64,000 nt of DNA from Octopus vulgaris (GCA_951406725.2 OX597816.1:67518001-67582000); one strand, 5' to 3'. Shown: positions 41,054-54,687, counted from the first letter of the stretch. The notes: generated by a model not told the origin, from the letters alone. Translations and numbers: made by a program.

Positions 41054-42078
41054 ATTATCCTCATCACTGCGATACTGGTTCCCAGCCAAGTGTTTCATCA
41101 TGTTGGGGAACAGATGATAAATAGATGGGACCAAAATCAATAGAATAGGGAGGATGATCAACTAGTTCAACGCTATAGTCTCGCATAGCAGCCATTGAAC
41201 CAAAGGAATTGTGTGCTGGAGCATTGTCCTGATGAAACAAGATCCCGATCATCAGTTTCCTTGGCGTTTGGCCTTGATAGCTTTCAGCAAGTTGGTATAT
41301 TACTCTCTATCGATGGTGTGGCCCTTTTGAAGATGGTCAGTAAACACAATACCTTTTGCATCCTCCCAGAACTGAGGCCATCACCTTCCCTGCAAATAAA
41401 ACGATCTTGGCCTTCTTTGAAACAGGTGAAGAAGGGTGTTTCCAATGCATGGATTGTCTCATTGTCTTTGGTTCAAAGTGATGAACCAATCACTCATCGT
41501 GGCCTAGGAAACGTTCAAGAAAACCAGCTGGGTCTGCCTGAGACAATGTCAAATTTTCCTGTAATGGGATCAGCCTGTTGCGCTTTTGATCAGGTGTCAG
41601 AATCTTCTCAACTATCTCACGGAATATGCTAATAACATTGCCTATTTCATTTCTAGTAAATTGTCTGTTATCCATTCTCATGTAATAGACATGATCAAAG
41701 TTTTCATCGGTCCAACCCTTGGGTCATCTTGAAGACTCTCTCTTCCCCTCCTAAATTCAGCCGCCCCCTATTGCAGTGTTGATAAAGCTGGGACATTATC
41801 CTCTAATGTTGCAAGCATGTCAGCATGAATGTCCTGGGGGGGGGGGTAGATACTTTTTCTGCAGGTACTTGATAACATCACGATGCCAGATTTTGTCGAT
41901 TCTGAAGAGAAGTGGCCACCAGTTACTTTTGAAGTCTTCTTTGAACAGTGAGATGAACTGTGAAAGAAGCAATGCAATTAATATAAAAAAAGAGTTGCGA
42001 TAAATGCATGCAAGATTACACAGCTCTAGCATCACTCCTTCATAGTCAGCCTATTAAATTTTGAACTAGCCCTCGTAG
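41050..42078 (-). mobile_element. Decayed mariner (irritans-like)
   Basis: Translations HRDVIKYLQKK, LTPDQKRNR, FHQDNAPAH and DHPPYS, with many frameshifts. Confidence 0.85.
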
Positions 42079-42213
42079 TACGTGAAGTCAATGTACCCGG
42101 ATATTATTCCACGATGCAGAATTCTACGTCACGGCAAAATTTTCAGGAACGGGTAGCGTTCCTAAGGCGAGATCTTCTGTATAAGTATGATATCTTATAC
42201 TTATATATATATA

Positions 42214-43493
42214 TTGGGTCATCTCATAAATACTTTTATTTTTTAATACTTCTTTAATTTGTCAAAATTAAGATAAACAAAGTTCTTTTTTAATCTAAAA
42301 TATACTCTCCTTCATTTTCTACAATACTCTTCCATCTATCTGGTAGATTTCGAGGGCCCCTATTCCAAAATTCTCTTGTCCGTGACGAAAAATACTCCTC
42401 CGGTACTGTTATGACCTCGTCTGCAGAATTCATACTTTTTCCCTCCAAATGATTTTGAAGAATGTGGAATAATTGATAATCAGATGGGGCAATGTCCGGC
42501 GAATATGGTGGGTGGGGCATCGTTTCCCATTCAAATTGCTCCAGTCTTTGGAACATCATCCTAACTGTATGTAGCCGAGCATTAATCCTGATGGAAGAAC
42601 ACCTTTCGTCTTAAAACCAAAAACGGTCATTTTTCTTCTAGCGCTGACTTACGCCGCTCAAGCTGCTCGCAGTAGATCTCCTTTGTTATCGTTTGCTTTG
42701 GGTTTGAAAGTTCAAAGTGGACTAAACCTTTCATATGCTACCAAACAGATAACATCTTACGTAGGTGAAGACCTTCTTTAGCCTGGGGTGCTGGTGTTTC
42801 TCCTTTGCCTATCCACTGTCTTCGGAGCTTGACATTTTTATAGAGAACCGATTTCTCGTCACCATTCACTATTCGGTCCAAAAAGGGTTCATTTGAGAGA
42901 TGTGACAGCAAAGAAGAGCACACATTCACTCTCTGCGCGCGATTAAACTCAAAAAGTTTGTGAGGAACCCATTGACCCAATTTGCTAACTTTTCGACGGC
43001 ACGCAGGTGTCAATGAATGGTTGAATGACCAAATCCAAGCTTCTCTGCTAGTTCCTCAACAGTTACGATGGGATTTTGTTCCACCAGGATTTGCAGGACG
43101 TCCTCGTCGAGCTCTACAGATCCTCCAGGACGAGGCTTGTCTTCTAGGCTGTAGTTTCCAGCTCGGGGTTTCTGGAACCACTATTGACACTGGCTTACTC
43201 TTATTGTCCAATCCCCATATACTGCATTAATATTCTTCGCACTTTCCGTTGCGTTGTTGCCTTTATTGAACTCATAAAGCAAAATGTGCCGAATAAGCTC
43301 CTTTGTCACTTCCATTATAGTTTTGAAAAAATAACAGTTAAAATCGAACTGCACTCTTCAAAACTTGCACTAAGAATAAGTTAAAATTACTACCTGCTTT
43401 TAAAGCAAGTTGATGCAGGTAGTTTATCCCGCCCCTCTCCGACTTTTTACTCCATGAAATTGAAAAAAGAGCATTATTTATGGGATGACCCAA
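42214..43493 (-). mobile_element. Near full-length mariner, pseudogenised transposase
   Basis: TIRs TTGGGTCATCTCATAAATA / TATTTATGGGATGACCCAA. Motifs WVPHKL, IVNGDEK and PHPPYSPDIAPSDY. Frameshifted. Confidence 0.93.
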
Positions 43494-43889
43494 TCACTAA
43501 TTTAATGGTTATTTTAATGTAATGCTACTTCAGTTGCGTACCTCGAATTTTTACCCAACTCGATGACTAATCGCAATGAAAGCGACAGACTACATAAATA
43601 TATAGATATTTATATATTAGGAGAACAAACGTACACAGAGTACAAACGATAGGAAGGCTTGGAGATACTTCATAATGTTGGCAAAATATGCAACCAGTAA
43701 TGAAAGCAAATAAATACTGGATTAATTCAGCCTCTGTCTTCAGGGTAGAAAACTATCTGACGGTTAGATGGTTTTTTTTTTTATTGTACTCTGTGTAACT
43801 TTGCTCTGTTAATATATAGATATCTATATGTTTATATTTGAATATTCATCGTCTGAAAAGTTTTAGTCTTTTTCTTCCTCTTTATTTAA

Positions 43890-44425
43890 ATGTATACACG
43901 TATATATGGGGACAAAAGTTGCTTACGTCAATCTAGTCATGGCTTACACGGGGGTCCAGATATATGAACAATCAAAATTAAAATACGGCTTGAACTTTCA
44001 CAAATATCTATTAGAAAATTGGTGACGTTACCTAGATGACTGCCTAATCCTAAGAATGCACACATTTGAACAACTTATAGATTTCAAAAACCTAATCAAC
44101 AGCACAAACAATAATATAAACTTCACCATGGAATACGGTAAAACCCAAATACCATTCCTGGATATACTAATCATCAAAAAGATATAAAAACATTGAAACA
44201 GACATTAACTACAAACAGATTCTAAATAATACTGTTCTCCTCATGCCATCCCAAACACACGAAGAATAGTATTCCCTTTAATCGCAATTGTCTCTAACCC
44301 TGAAACTCGCAATAAAAGACTCCAGAAGCTAAAACAAAAACTTCTTAAAGACAATATCCATTAAAATTAATACACAACGGAATAGAACGTGCCAAAGCAA
44401 TAAATATTCAAGAACTGCAAGAAAC
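43890..44425 (+). mobile_element. Penelope-like element reverse transcriptase fragment
   Basis: Translations W*RYLDDC, FTME...IPFLDI and SCHPKHTKNSIP. Confidence 0.85.
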
Positions 44426-44613
44426 GAAATGTACCAGACTTTTGAAATATAAGTAGTAAAGCTGATTTCTTCGACTGAATCCTTCAATGCGATGCCCCAG
44501 CAAGGCCGCAGTTTATATGACAGAAACAAGTTAATGATAAAAAAATGAAGAAAGGATATGCAGCAGCCTTCTTGATTCGTGTCGCAAAAGAAAAAAAATT
44601 ATGCTGATAACTC

Positions 44614-44812
44614 TTTACTCTTTTACTTGTTTCAGTCATTTGACTGCGGCCATGCTGGAGCACTGTCTTTAGTCGAGCAAATCGACCCCAGGACTTATTC
44701 TTTGTAAGCCTAGTACTTATTATATCGATCTCTTTTGCCTAACCGCTAAGTTACGGGGAAATAAACACACCAGCATCAGTTGTCAAGCGATGCTGGGGGA
44801 CAAACAGACACA

Positions 44813-44884
<72 letters not shown>

Positions 44885-45050
44885 CGACGGGCTTCTTTCA
44901 GTTTCCGTCTACCAAATCCACTCACAAGGATTTGGTCGGCCCGAGGCTATAGTAGAAGACACTTACCCAAGGTGCCACGCAGTGGGACTGAACCCGGGAC
45001 CATGTGGTTGGTAAGCAAGCTACTTACCACACAACCACTCCTGCGCCTAT
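44614..45050 (-). mobile_element. SINE family C
   Basis: Full-length reverse copy. Part of the duplication shared with 52507-53070. Confidence 0.88.
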
Positions 45051-46020
45051 AGCAAGCTATTTAACACACAGCCACTCCTGCGCTGTTTCATTAAATTCTT
45101 TCAACAGCAGACTCCTTGAAACATTTTGATAAAATTTGTCAACGAGGAAATTTGTGACTGCAAAAATCTTTTCTCGAAGTTTTTCAGTCGCAAACACTAT
45201 TTCAAATAGTGGTCTTCAGTTGACCGTTGAAAATAGTCACCATATATATAATCTTCCATGGACGTCTACCAATATCAGGCAAAGGTACTGAAGCACACCA
45301 CACAACATATATTAACCAATGAACCAGTAAAAGTTCTTTTTGCTAGTTGCTTTTACGATAAAGTTTAAAAGCCATTATTAAGCGATACTCTGAGTAGCAA
45401 TCAAGTGAATAACAACTTTATACAAAATCGCATACACACTCATATATACACCAAATAGGAGCAATTAACTCGCACGCACACACATACAAACACACACACA
45501 TTTTTTCTAGCTACATGTAACCAATCCTTTCGAGATCATCGAACACACGTGTTTGATAAAAAAAATGTTTGTCATATCACTTGACGTGCACAAGCAAGTA
45601 GAACTGATATATAATATCCAAAATACACATTAAAATCTATTTTATAACTATAAAAGGAATACGAAATAGTTTTGTTGCGCAATACAATAATGTGTTTCTG
45701 TTTGTTTAGAATATTTCCTACTTTTTGTAAAGTTTCGGTTTCAAAATGGAAAGCAATTGTTTTTGTTGTTGTTTAGTTTCAAATCCAACCCGAAAGAACA
45801 CATATATGGACCAAAGTTATTTCATCAATTAATATTATGTCACTGTCTGGTTAAGAAGATTGCTTTGCAGCCACGTGGCTTAGGGTTCAGCCCCACTGTG
45901 CGGCACCCTGGGCAAATGACATTTACTAGCCCTAGGCCGACCAATGCCTTGTGAGTGGATATGGTAAACGGAAACTGAGTGAAAGCCCATGGTATATATA
46001 TATACATGGTATATATATAC

Positions 46021-46308
46021 AAAGCGGCGAGCTGGCAGAAAGGCGGCGAGCTGGCAGAAAGGCGGCGAGCTGGCAGACAAGGCGGCGAGCTGGCAGAATC
46101 GTTAGCACGCCGGGCAAAATGCTTAGCGGTATTTCGTCTGCCGCTAAGTTCTGAGTTCAAATTCCGCCGAGGTCAACTTTGCCTTTCATCCTTTCGGGGT
46201 CGATTAAATAAGTTACGCACTGGGTCGATATAATCGGTTTAATCCGTTTGTTTATCTTTGTTTGTCCTCTCTGTGTTTAGCCCATTGTGGGTAATAAAGA
46301 AATAGGTA
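46021..46308 (+). mobile_element. SINE family B with a 4x tandem 5' ~20-mer
   Basis: A(A/G)GCGGCGAGCTGGCAGA occurs four times before the body. Confidence 0.88.
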
Positions 46309-46502
46309 TATATATACATGTGTGTGTTTGAGTTTGTTCTAGCACGTAATTTAGCGGTTCAGCAAAAGGGACCAACAGAATAAGAACCAACCTTTAAAAA
46401 TAAGTCCTGGCGTTGATTTGCCCAAGGTGACACGTAGTGGGACTGAACCCGGAACCATGTGGTTGGTGAGCATGCTACTTACCACACAGCCACTCATGCG
46501 CC

Positions 46503-46539
<37 letters not shown>

Positions 46540-47161
46540 CTGTGTAAAACCTTGCGTAACTATATATAAAATTTTATTGTAATATGTATATGTGTGTATG
46601 TGTGTGGGTCGGTGTGATGTCTTTTGTTGATATAAATTGGCAAAGGACATAAACGTCGTCGAGAAAACCGAAAATGTGATTCTTTACGAGTAACGTCCTT
46701 TGAGATTTTTGTCCAGCATCGTATAAGACATGCCCTTATCAACTTCTCCTTTTGAAATGAGATGTGTGTGCAAATACACACACACACAGCCCGTGATTGA
46801 CCGAAGGGAGATATGGAAACAACGACGCATTTGCTCGCAAGTTACTTTATGTATACAATAACTAACACTTTAGTCGATCCAAAGCTATAGCTATAGCAGA
46901 TAGTATTTGCCAAAGACACCAGACACTAAACCAAAAATCACGCTGTTACGAAGCGAACTTCTACACAGCGGAACTAGTCTGTTTGCGTATGAAACGAGAA
47001 GCTGGAGAGAATACTATTCGAAACTGTAATACTGAAGTTGTCATTTAAAATATCACCGATTTTATAGGAACGTTTACTTCTGTTTTAAGGCAGGGTGAAA
47101 AAAAAAAAAAAAAAAAAGAGACACTCAAACGCCGTGGTCTCATGACAATGAATTCTCAGAA

Positions 47162-47171
47162 TCTCGCGAGA
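47162..47171. promoter_or_regulatory. TCTCGCGAGA palindrome (CGCG/BANP-type promoter motif)
   Basis: Exact 10-bp palindrome in unique sequence. Function is inferred only. Confidence 0.3.
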
Positions 47172-47335
47172 ATAGAGAGAAAAATTCAAATAATGTGAAA
47201 CGCACGCACGCACACACACATGCGCACAGAGAATTATACATACTGCTCAAACTTCCACACGAAAGAATCTGTATTACTGCGTGTATACTTACTCACACAT
47301 TTCATAGTTCTAAGTCAATATTGTTACATCAATAA

Positions 47336-47929
47336 GGCGGCGAGCTGGCAGAAACGTTAGCACGCCGGGCGAAATGCGTAGCCGTATTTCGTCTGCCGTT
47401 ACGTTCTGAGTTCAAATTCCGCCGAGGTCGACTTTGCCTTTCATCCTTTCGGGGTCGATAAATTAAGTACCAGTTACGCACTGGGGTCGATGTAATCGAC
47501 TTAATCCGTTTGTCTGTCCTTGTTTGTCCTCTCTGTGTTTAGCCCCTTGTGGGTAGTAAATAGAAATAAAAATAGGTATTTCGACTACCGCTACGTTCTG
47601 AGTTCAAATTCCGCCGAGGTCAACTTTGCCTTTCACCCTTTCGGGGTCGATAAGTTAAGTACCAGTTACTCACTGGGGTCGATATAATCGACTTAATCCG
47701 TTTGTCTGTCTTTGTTTGTTTCCTCTGTGTTTAGCCCCTTGTGGCTAGTAAAGAAATAGAAATAGGTATTTCGTCTGCCGCTACGCTCTGAGTTCAAATT
47801 CAGCCGAGGTCGACTTTGCCTTTCATCCTTTCAGGGTTGATAAATTAAGTACTTGTTGAGTACTGGGGTCAATATAATTGACTGGCCCCCTTCCTAAAAT
47901 TTTCGGGCCTTGTACGTAGAGTAGAAAAG
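47336..47929 (+). mobile_element. SINE family B trimer
   Basis: Three head-to-tail units; units 2 and 3 restart at GGTATTTCG. Degenerate TSD AATATTGTTACATCAAT / AATATCGTTATATCGAT. Confidence 0.88.
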
Positions 47930-48193
47930 AATATCGTTATATCGATCTTTGCGCTTACTTATACACGCGCGCGCTCTCTCTCGCACACACATCTTATCTT
48001 TTACTTGTTTCAGTCATTAAACTTCGGCCATGTTGGGGCAGTCGAATGAATCGACCCCAGAACCTGCTCTTTTTAAAGCCTGATACTTTTGTTGAACCAC
48101 TAAGTTACAGGGATGTAAACACACCTACTCCGGTCGTCAAGCAGTGGTGGGAGACAGATATGGTCACAAAAACACACACACATAGATATATAT

Positions 48194-48478
48194 GAAAGGC
48201 AAAGTCGACCTCGGCGGAATTTGAACTCAGAACGTAAAGACAGACAAAATACCTATTTCTTTAATACTCACAAGGGGCTAAACACAGAGAGGACAATCAA
48301 GGACAGACATACGGATTAAGTCGATTATATCGACCTCAGTGCATAACTGGTACTTATTTAATCGACCCCGAAAGGATAAAAGGCAGAGTCGACCTCGGCG
48401 GAACTTGAACTCAAAACGTTGCGGCAGACGAAATACAGCTAAGCATTTCGTCCGGCGTGCTAACGTTTCTGCCAGCTC
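48194..48478 (-). mobile_element. SINE family B, monomer plus a partial second unit
   Basis: Reverse complement of the 47336 array. Confidence 0.85.
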
Positions 48479-48521
48479 GACACAGCCACGCCTTCGCCTA
48501 TACATATTTACAAGTAAGCCT

Positions 48522-48566
<45 letters not shown>

Positions 48567-48926
48567 TCATACTCACAGACGTATATGTAAAACATACATG
48601 TACATATATAGTGGTTAGATGTTGGGCTCACATCATGGGTTCGATTCGTAGACCAGGCGGCGCGCTGTAACTATTAACAAGCACTTCATTTCCCGTTGCT
48701 CTACTCAGCGTAAAATGAGTACCACCTGAGGGATAGGAATGTTTCCTCCCTCCCATCCGCAATCATCCACTGGGTGGGTCAAGGTTAGGGAGAGCCGGGA
48801 GGGATTGTGTGCTTTCAACTGCATAGGCACCTAAACAATTAGCAAAATCACATGCTTTTGTCGCTTGCGAGTGATGGGAATAATAATGAATATTACATAC
48901 ACACACACACACACACACAAACATAC

Positions 48927-48928
<2 letters not shown>

Positions 48929-48984
<56 letters not shown>

Positions 48985-49147
48985 GTATATATATGTATAT
49001 ATATATATATGCATATATATATATATGTATATATATGTATATATATATATATGCATATATATATATATGTATATATATGTATATATATGTATATATATAT
49101 ATGTATATATATATGTTTATATATGTATATATATATATATATGTATA

Positions 49148-49186
<39 letters not shown>

Positions 49187-49297
49187 ATGTATATATATAT
49201 ATGTATATATATATATATGTATCTATATATATGTATATGTATGTATATATATATGTATGTATATATATATATGTATATATATATATGTATATGTATG

Positions 49298-49331
<34 letters not shown>

Positions 49332-49408
49332 TTATATATATATGTATATATATGTGTATATATATATGTATATATATATATGTATATATATATATGTATA
49401 TATATATG

Positions 49409-49441
<33 letters not shown>

Positions 49442-49662
49442 TATATATATATATATATTATATATGTATATATATATATATGTGTATATATATATATGCA
49501 TATATATGTATATATATATATATGTGTATATATATATGCATATATATGTATATATATATATGCATATATATATATATGTATATGTGTATATATATATATG
49601 CATATATATGTATATATATATATATTTGTATATATATATGCATATATATGTATATGTATATA

Positions 49663-49705
<43 letters not shown>
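48929..49705. repeat. (TA)n/(TATG)n microsatellite
   Basis: Read directly from the sequence. Confidence 0.97.
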
Positions 49706-49708
<3 letters not shown>

Positions 49709-49709
<1 letters not shown>

Positions 49710-49885
49710 GGAGGCGCAATGGCCTAGTGGTTAGGGCAGCGGACTCGCGGTCGCAGGATCGCGGTTTCGATTCCCAGACCGGGTGTTGTGTGTGTTTATT
49801 GAGCGTCATTCGAAGGCTAAAACAATGCGAACGCATTGTGACCAGCGATGTGTAACAACATCTGATGGTCTGGTCGGTCACGTGA
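49709..49885 (+). mobile_element. SINE head A plus short tail module 4
   Basis: Head nearly identical to 29200. Unrelated tail ...GTAACAACATCTGATGGTCTGGTCGGTCACGTG. Confidence 0.78.
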
Positions 49886-50269
49886 TATGTATGTATGTAT
49901 GTATATATATGTATGTATGTATGTATATATATATTTTGAGAGGGAGAAAGAGAGAGGGGGAGAGAGAGAATGAGTGGGAGGGAGACAAACACTTACATAT
50001 ATGGGAGTCGTTGCACGTCATCTTAATCCTCAGGTGTGTTTATTAATCCCTGTTGGTTAAGCATATACGTACGTTTGAATAATCTTTTGATTACTACTTT
50101 GAAAAATTAAGCGTCACTGATGGATGTTAAGAATAACTTCCGTTCTACTGAGGGAAAGCAGGTGAGCTGGGGGACGCATCAATTAAAATAAATTAACGAC
50201 ATCGTCATTGCTGTTTTGTTGTAGCACTGAGTTTCCATGTTTAATTAAATAATCTCCTTATTTTTTCCG

Positions 50270-50630
50270 GTCAATGGCTGTTATGCGAAAAGCCGTTTGG
50301 TGGCAGGGAAATGAGTGAGTCTCTCCAGGCGGAGCAGCCACTTTTCCACATTGGGAACTCACGGTTCCGGTACTATGGGCATGGGATTAGCGTGCAGTAG
50401 GAAAGAATCGCAGGACGGATTCTTCACCGAGTTAATCGGCAGGAGACCTAGGTGAAGACCTGAAACGAGATTGTTGGATAACATCCATAGTCTCAAACTG
50501 GGCGCGCTTGGGAATCCAGGCGAAAAGAGTAAAGACGGTTGCTTCGCATAGAATTCTATGGAGGAGTAAAAGAGGATTCTACCCTCACGACCCTGCCAGG
50601 AATTGTAGATGGAGAAAATGGATGGAATAT
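50270..50630 (+). mobile_element. RTE-like LINE 3' end relic
   Basis: Degenerate RFRYYGHGI...RRPR...DNI...LGI...LWR, typical of an RTE ORF C-terminus. Confidence 0.55.
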
Positions 50631-50828
50631 TTTGTATATATTAGCGATAGAGGCAGAATTTATACCGAGAGGTAATATTTATTCCCACTTAAATGTAGAT
50701 GTTCTGTTAGCACAAATCCTCGCTAGTGGTATTGACGAGCGTGCATTTTGCACCAAAAGCTTCTATGAAAATTTCTCTCATGTTGTCGATCGCAGTAAAG
50801 TTTGTTCTAACAGAATATCCTCGTTTAA

Positions 50829-51251
50829 AAGGCGGCGAGCTGGCAGAAACGTTAGCACGCCGCGCGAAATGCTTAGCGGTGTTTCGTCTGCTGCTACGTT
50901 CTGAGTTCAAATTCCGCCGAGGTCGACTTTGCCTTTCATCCTTTCGGGGTCGATTAAATAAGTACCAGTTACGCACTGGGATCGATATAATCGACTTAAT
51001 CCGTGTGTCTGTCCTTGTTTGTCCCCTCTGTGTTTAGCCCCTTGTGGGTAGTAAAGAAATAGAGATAGGTATTTCGTCTGCCGCTATATTCTGAGTTCAA
51101 ATTCCGCCGAGGTCGACTTTGCCTTTCATCCTTTCGGGGTCGATTAAATAAGTACCAGTTACTCACTGGGATCGATATAATCGACTTAATCCGTTTGCCT
51201 GTCCTCGTTTGACCTCTGTGTGTTTAGCCCCTTGTGGGTAATAACGAAATA
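50829..51251 (+). mobile_element. SINE family B dimer
   Basis: Two units within one TSD AGAAT(A/G)TCCTCGTTTAA at 50812-50828 and 51252-51268. Confidence 0.9.
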
Positions 51252-51861
51252 AGAATGTCCTCGTTTAAGTGGGAATAAATATTAAATCTCGGAATATTTT
51301 GTGTTTATTTTAAAACATTGTCTGAAGCATGTGGTGTTCCTTACGCCATTGTTATTGCTTACCTCCAATCAGCGCTGACGGAGCAGAATCATGATGGAAG
51401 ACGTTCAAGCGGTAACTAACTAACTAACTAACTAACTGACTTTCATTCTTTCTTTCTTCTTTTTTAACTTAAAAAGTTGAAAGTGATTTGAAGGAATTTG
51501 CGTATTATTTCTCGCAGATTGACCGATTGTGTAGAGGTCTTCGTTTCCGTCGCATCGACGGTTTGCACTGAATTTGTCTTTTTAAACTGTTTAATCTTTC
51601 CGTTAATTTGAAATCTTTTTTTTCTGCATTGGTTTTTATCTTTGACTTATTTTTGGTCATTGGAGTACGGCCATGCTGGGCACTGCCTTTAATTGTTTAG
51701 TCGAACAAATCAACACCAGTAATTACAATTTTTTAAAGTCTGTTATTCATTCTTACTTTTCTCTTTTGCCGAATCGCTCCGTTACGGGAACGTGAACGAA
51801 TCGACACCGGTTGTCTAGTGGTACACACAAACACACACACACATGCAGCAGCAGCAGCAGC

Positions 51862-52217
51862 GGAGGCGCAATGGCCCAGTGGTTAGGGCAGTGGACTCGC
51901 GGTCGGAGGATCGCGGTTTCGATTCCCAGACCGGGCGTTGTGTGTGTTTATTGAGCGAAAACACCTAAAAGGCTCCACGAGGCTCCGGCAGGGGATGGTG
52001 GCGACTCCTGTTGTACTCTTTCTCCCCAACTTTCTCTCACTCTTTCTTCCTATTTCTTGTCCCCGACTTCCTACGCAACCGCTGAGCCTGGATGTGTATT
52101 CATCCATCCGTCGATGCTCTCGGTGTCGGGGGTTGACCTGCTTTCTCTTCTGAATAGCAAAGGACCACGTTTCGGACTTCTCCCATCTTGCGAGCTCTGG
52201 GACGAAGACCGTTCGCT

Positions 52218-52252
<35 letters not shown>

Positions 52253-52255
52253 GCA
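51862..52255 (+). mobile_element. SINE head A plus structured tail module 3
   Basis: Homologous to 29200-29570. Flanked by CAG repeats. Confidence 0.87.
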
Positions 52256-53630
52256 GAGTAAAAAGAACACACACTGCTGCTGTTTATTCATGTTTATTCA
52301 TTAGGCAACCGACCGAGGATAAAAAGCCATCTATGAATCAATCAATGTGTTCTTCCTTCTTTTAAAAGGAGATTTACTTGCTATTTCTATAGGCACAGGT
52401 TAAGAAGCTCGTCTTGCAACCACGAGATTTCAGTTTCAGTCCCACTGCGTGGCATCGTGTTACTTTGTTCACGTCGTCGTAACTTAGCGATTTGGCAAAA
52501 GATGGAAAATGTACCAGACTTTTGAAATATAAGTAGTAAAGCTGATTTCTTCGACTGAACCCTTCAATGCGAAGCCCCATAATGGTCGCAGTTTATATGA
52601 CTGAAACAAGTTAATGATAAAAATTGAAGAAAGGATATGCAGGAGCCTTCTTGATTTGTGTCGCCAAAAAAAGAAAAAAATACTTATGTTGATAACTCTT
52701 TTACTCTTTTACTCTTTTACTCTTTTACTTGTTTCAGTCATTTGACTGCGGCCATGCTGGAACACTGCCTTTAGTCGAGCAAATCGGCCGCAGGACTTAT
52801 TTTTTGTAAGCCTAGTACTTATTATATCGATCTCTTTTGCCTAACCGCTAAGTTACGGGGACGTAAACACACCAGCATCGGTTGTCAAGCGATGTTGGAG
52901 GGCAAACACAGACACACATACACGACGGGCTTCTTTCAGTTTCCGTTTACCAAATCCACTCATAAGGCTTTGGTCAGCCCAAGGTTATAGTAGAAGATAC
53001 TTGCCCAAGATGCCACGCAGTGGGACTGAACTCGGAACCATGTGGTTGGTAAGCAAGCTACTTACCACACAGCCTCTCAAAATGATTTTTACTTCTTTAA
53101 ATTCAACATCATATTTAAAAAAAAATTCTACCATGTGTCTAGAAACTTCTATGGCTAAAGCAGTGGTAATTTAGTTCATAGAATCAAGGCAACCATTAAG
53201 ATAATATTTGCATTCATCTAATCCCTTCAGGCGAACCACATTCCACAGATCAGACTCGCCAATATACGCCATATCTGATAGGCTTTCCGGACAGAACGCG
53301 TTCATCAAGCAGGAAATCAAAAATTATTTCGTTATTAGATTACAAACAAAACTGGAATATTATGCGGAAATAAATAAACAAACAAACAAACCAGTAAAAT
53401 GCTTAAGTACTGAAGCCAATTCCTTTGTGCTTTGAAAACACAAGTTTTACATATTTAATTGAAACTATTTTCTATTCCTAGATCCAAATTCTCCTTTAAA
53501 AACAATATTAATACGTAATTACGTCTCTTGATACACAGCATTCAAATGTTTGTTGGTGTTTGTTAAAATTCACCAACCTCAGTTGATCAAATGAAACACA
53601 GATTATCCCTTTCCCTCCTCTCTGCATATA

Positions 53631-54144
53631 TCTATATATATAAAACTGTAGTTGTGTGAGTGTCTGTCTCCTACGATTTAGATTCCTAACTACTCCCACA
53701 TTTTGCGGTGCAGTTTAACCAAATTCGGGTATCTTATAGTCGTGATTCATATCGAGCCCGTCTGGGTATTAGCGCGCGTCTACGATGAGTCTACGATTTT
53801 AAAAATAATTTAACATAATTTTTTATTCCATTTTAATGCATATTTTTTCGTGTGTCGATGGCGGCGGAGTTGGCGTCCATGGTCACACCTGCACCTGTGT
53901 TGCTTTTCTCCCTTCTTCCCTCCCTCGTGAAGCTGTGGGGAAGGGAGTGAAAGGAAATCAACGTCGTAAAGCGTTGTCAAGGAGACCAGCGTTCTTTTAG
54001 AACAACGACTTCATGGCTTGAAGACACCAAAACAGAAATGGCTAAGAAAGCCCGAATTGGCATCTATAAGGGAAGTAACTCTCTAAAAATGCTTATACAG
54101 TTATTTCCCTTACAAACCCGAGCAACGCCGGGTGATACTGCTAG
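53631..54144 (+). mobile_element. Complete non-autonomous Helitron
   Basis: A|TC 5' end, 3' hairpin CCCGAGCAACGCCGGG, then CTAG|T. No TSD. Confidence 0.85.
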
Positions 54145-54561
54145 TATATATATATAATCAAAGTCTTCGATAATTTGGTATGATCGTTTCACGCTACATC
54201 ATTTTATTAAACATTGTGAGTATTAAACATGGAAATAAGTATATGTATTGATGGAAAACCTCTATAAATGGCTGATGATTGCTCAGCATTTTAAAACTGA
54301 TGTAATACTTACAATGATTTTGATTTTGATTTTTGATTTTCCAGTTTCAGCTAATGAGCTGTGGCCATGCTGGGGCACCGCCATTTGTTTAATAAAATGA
54401 TGTTTAATGAATGTTTAATAAAATGATGTAGCGTGAAACGATCGTATCAAATTACCGAAGATATTCTTGTTGCTTACTTTGATTATAATCACCCCATGGA
54501 TTTATATGGATAACACCATACAAAATTCTGGTGCATCTGACTTAAGTACCATATTCATTTG

Positions 54562-54639
<78 letters not shown>

Positions 54640-54687
54640 ATAGAAGGAGCTTATTTACTGTGGTTAACCCCGACTCAACCCGGGACC

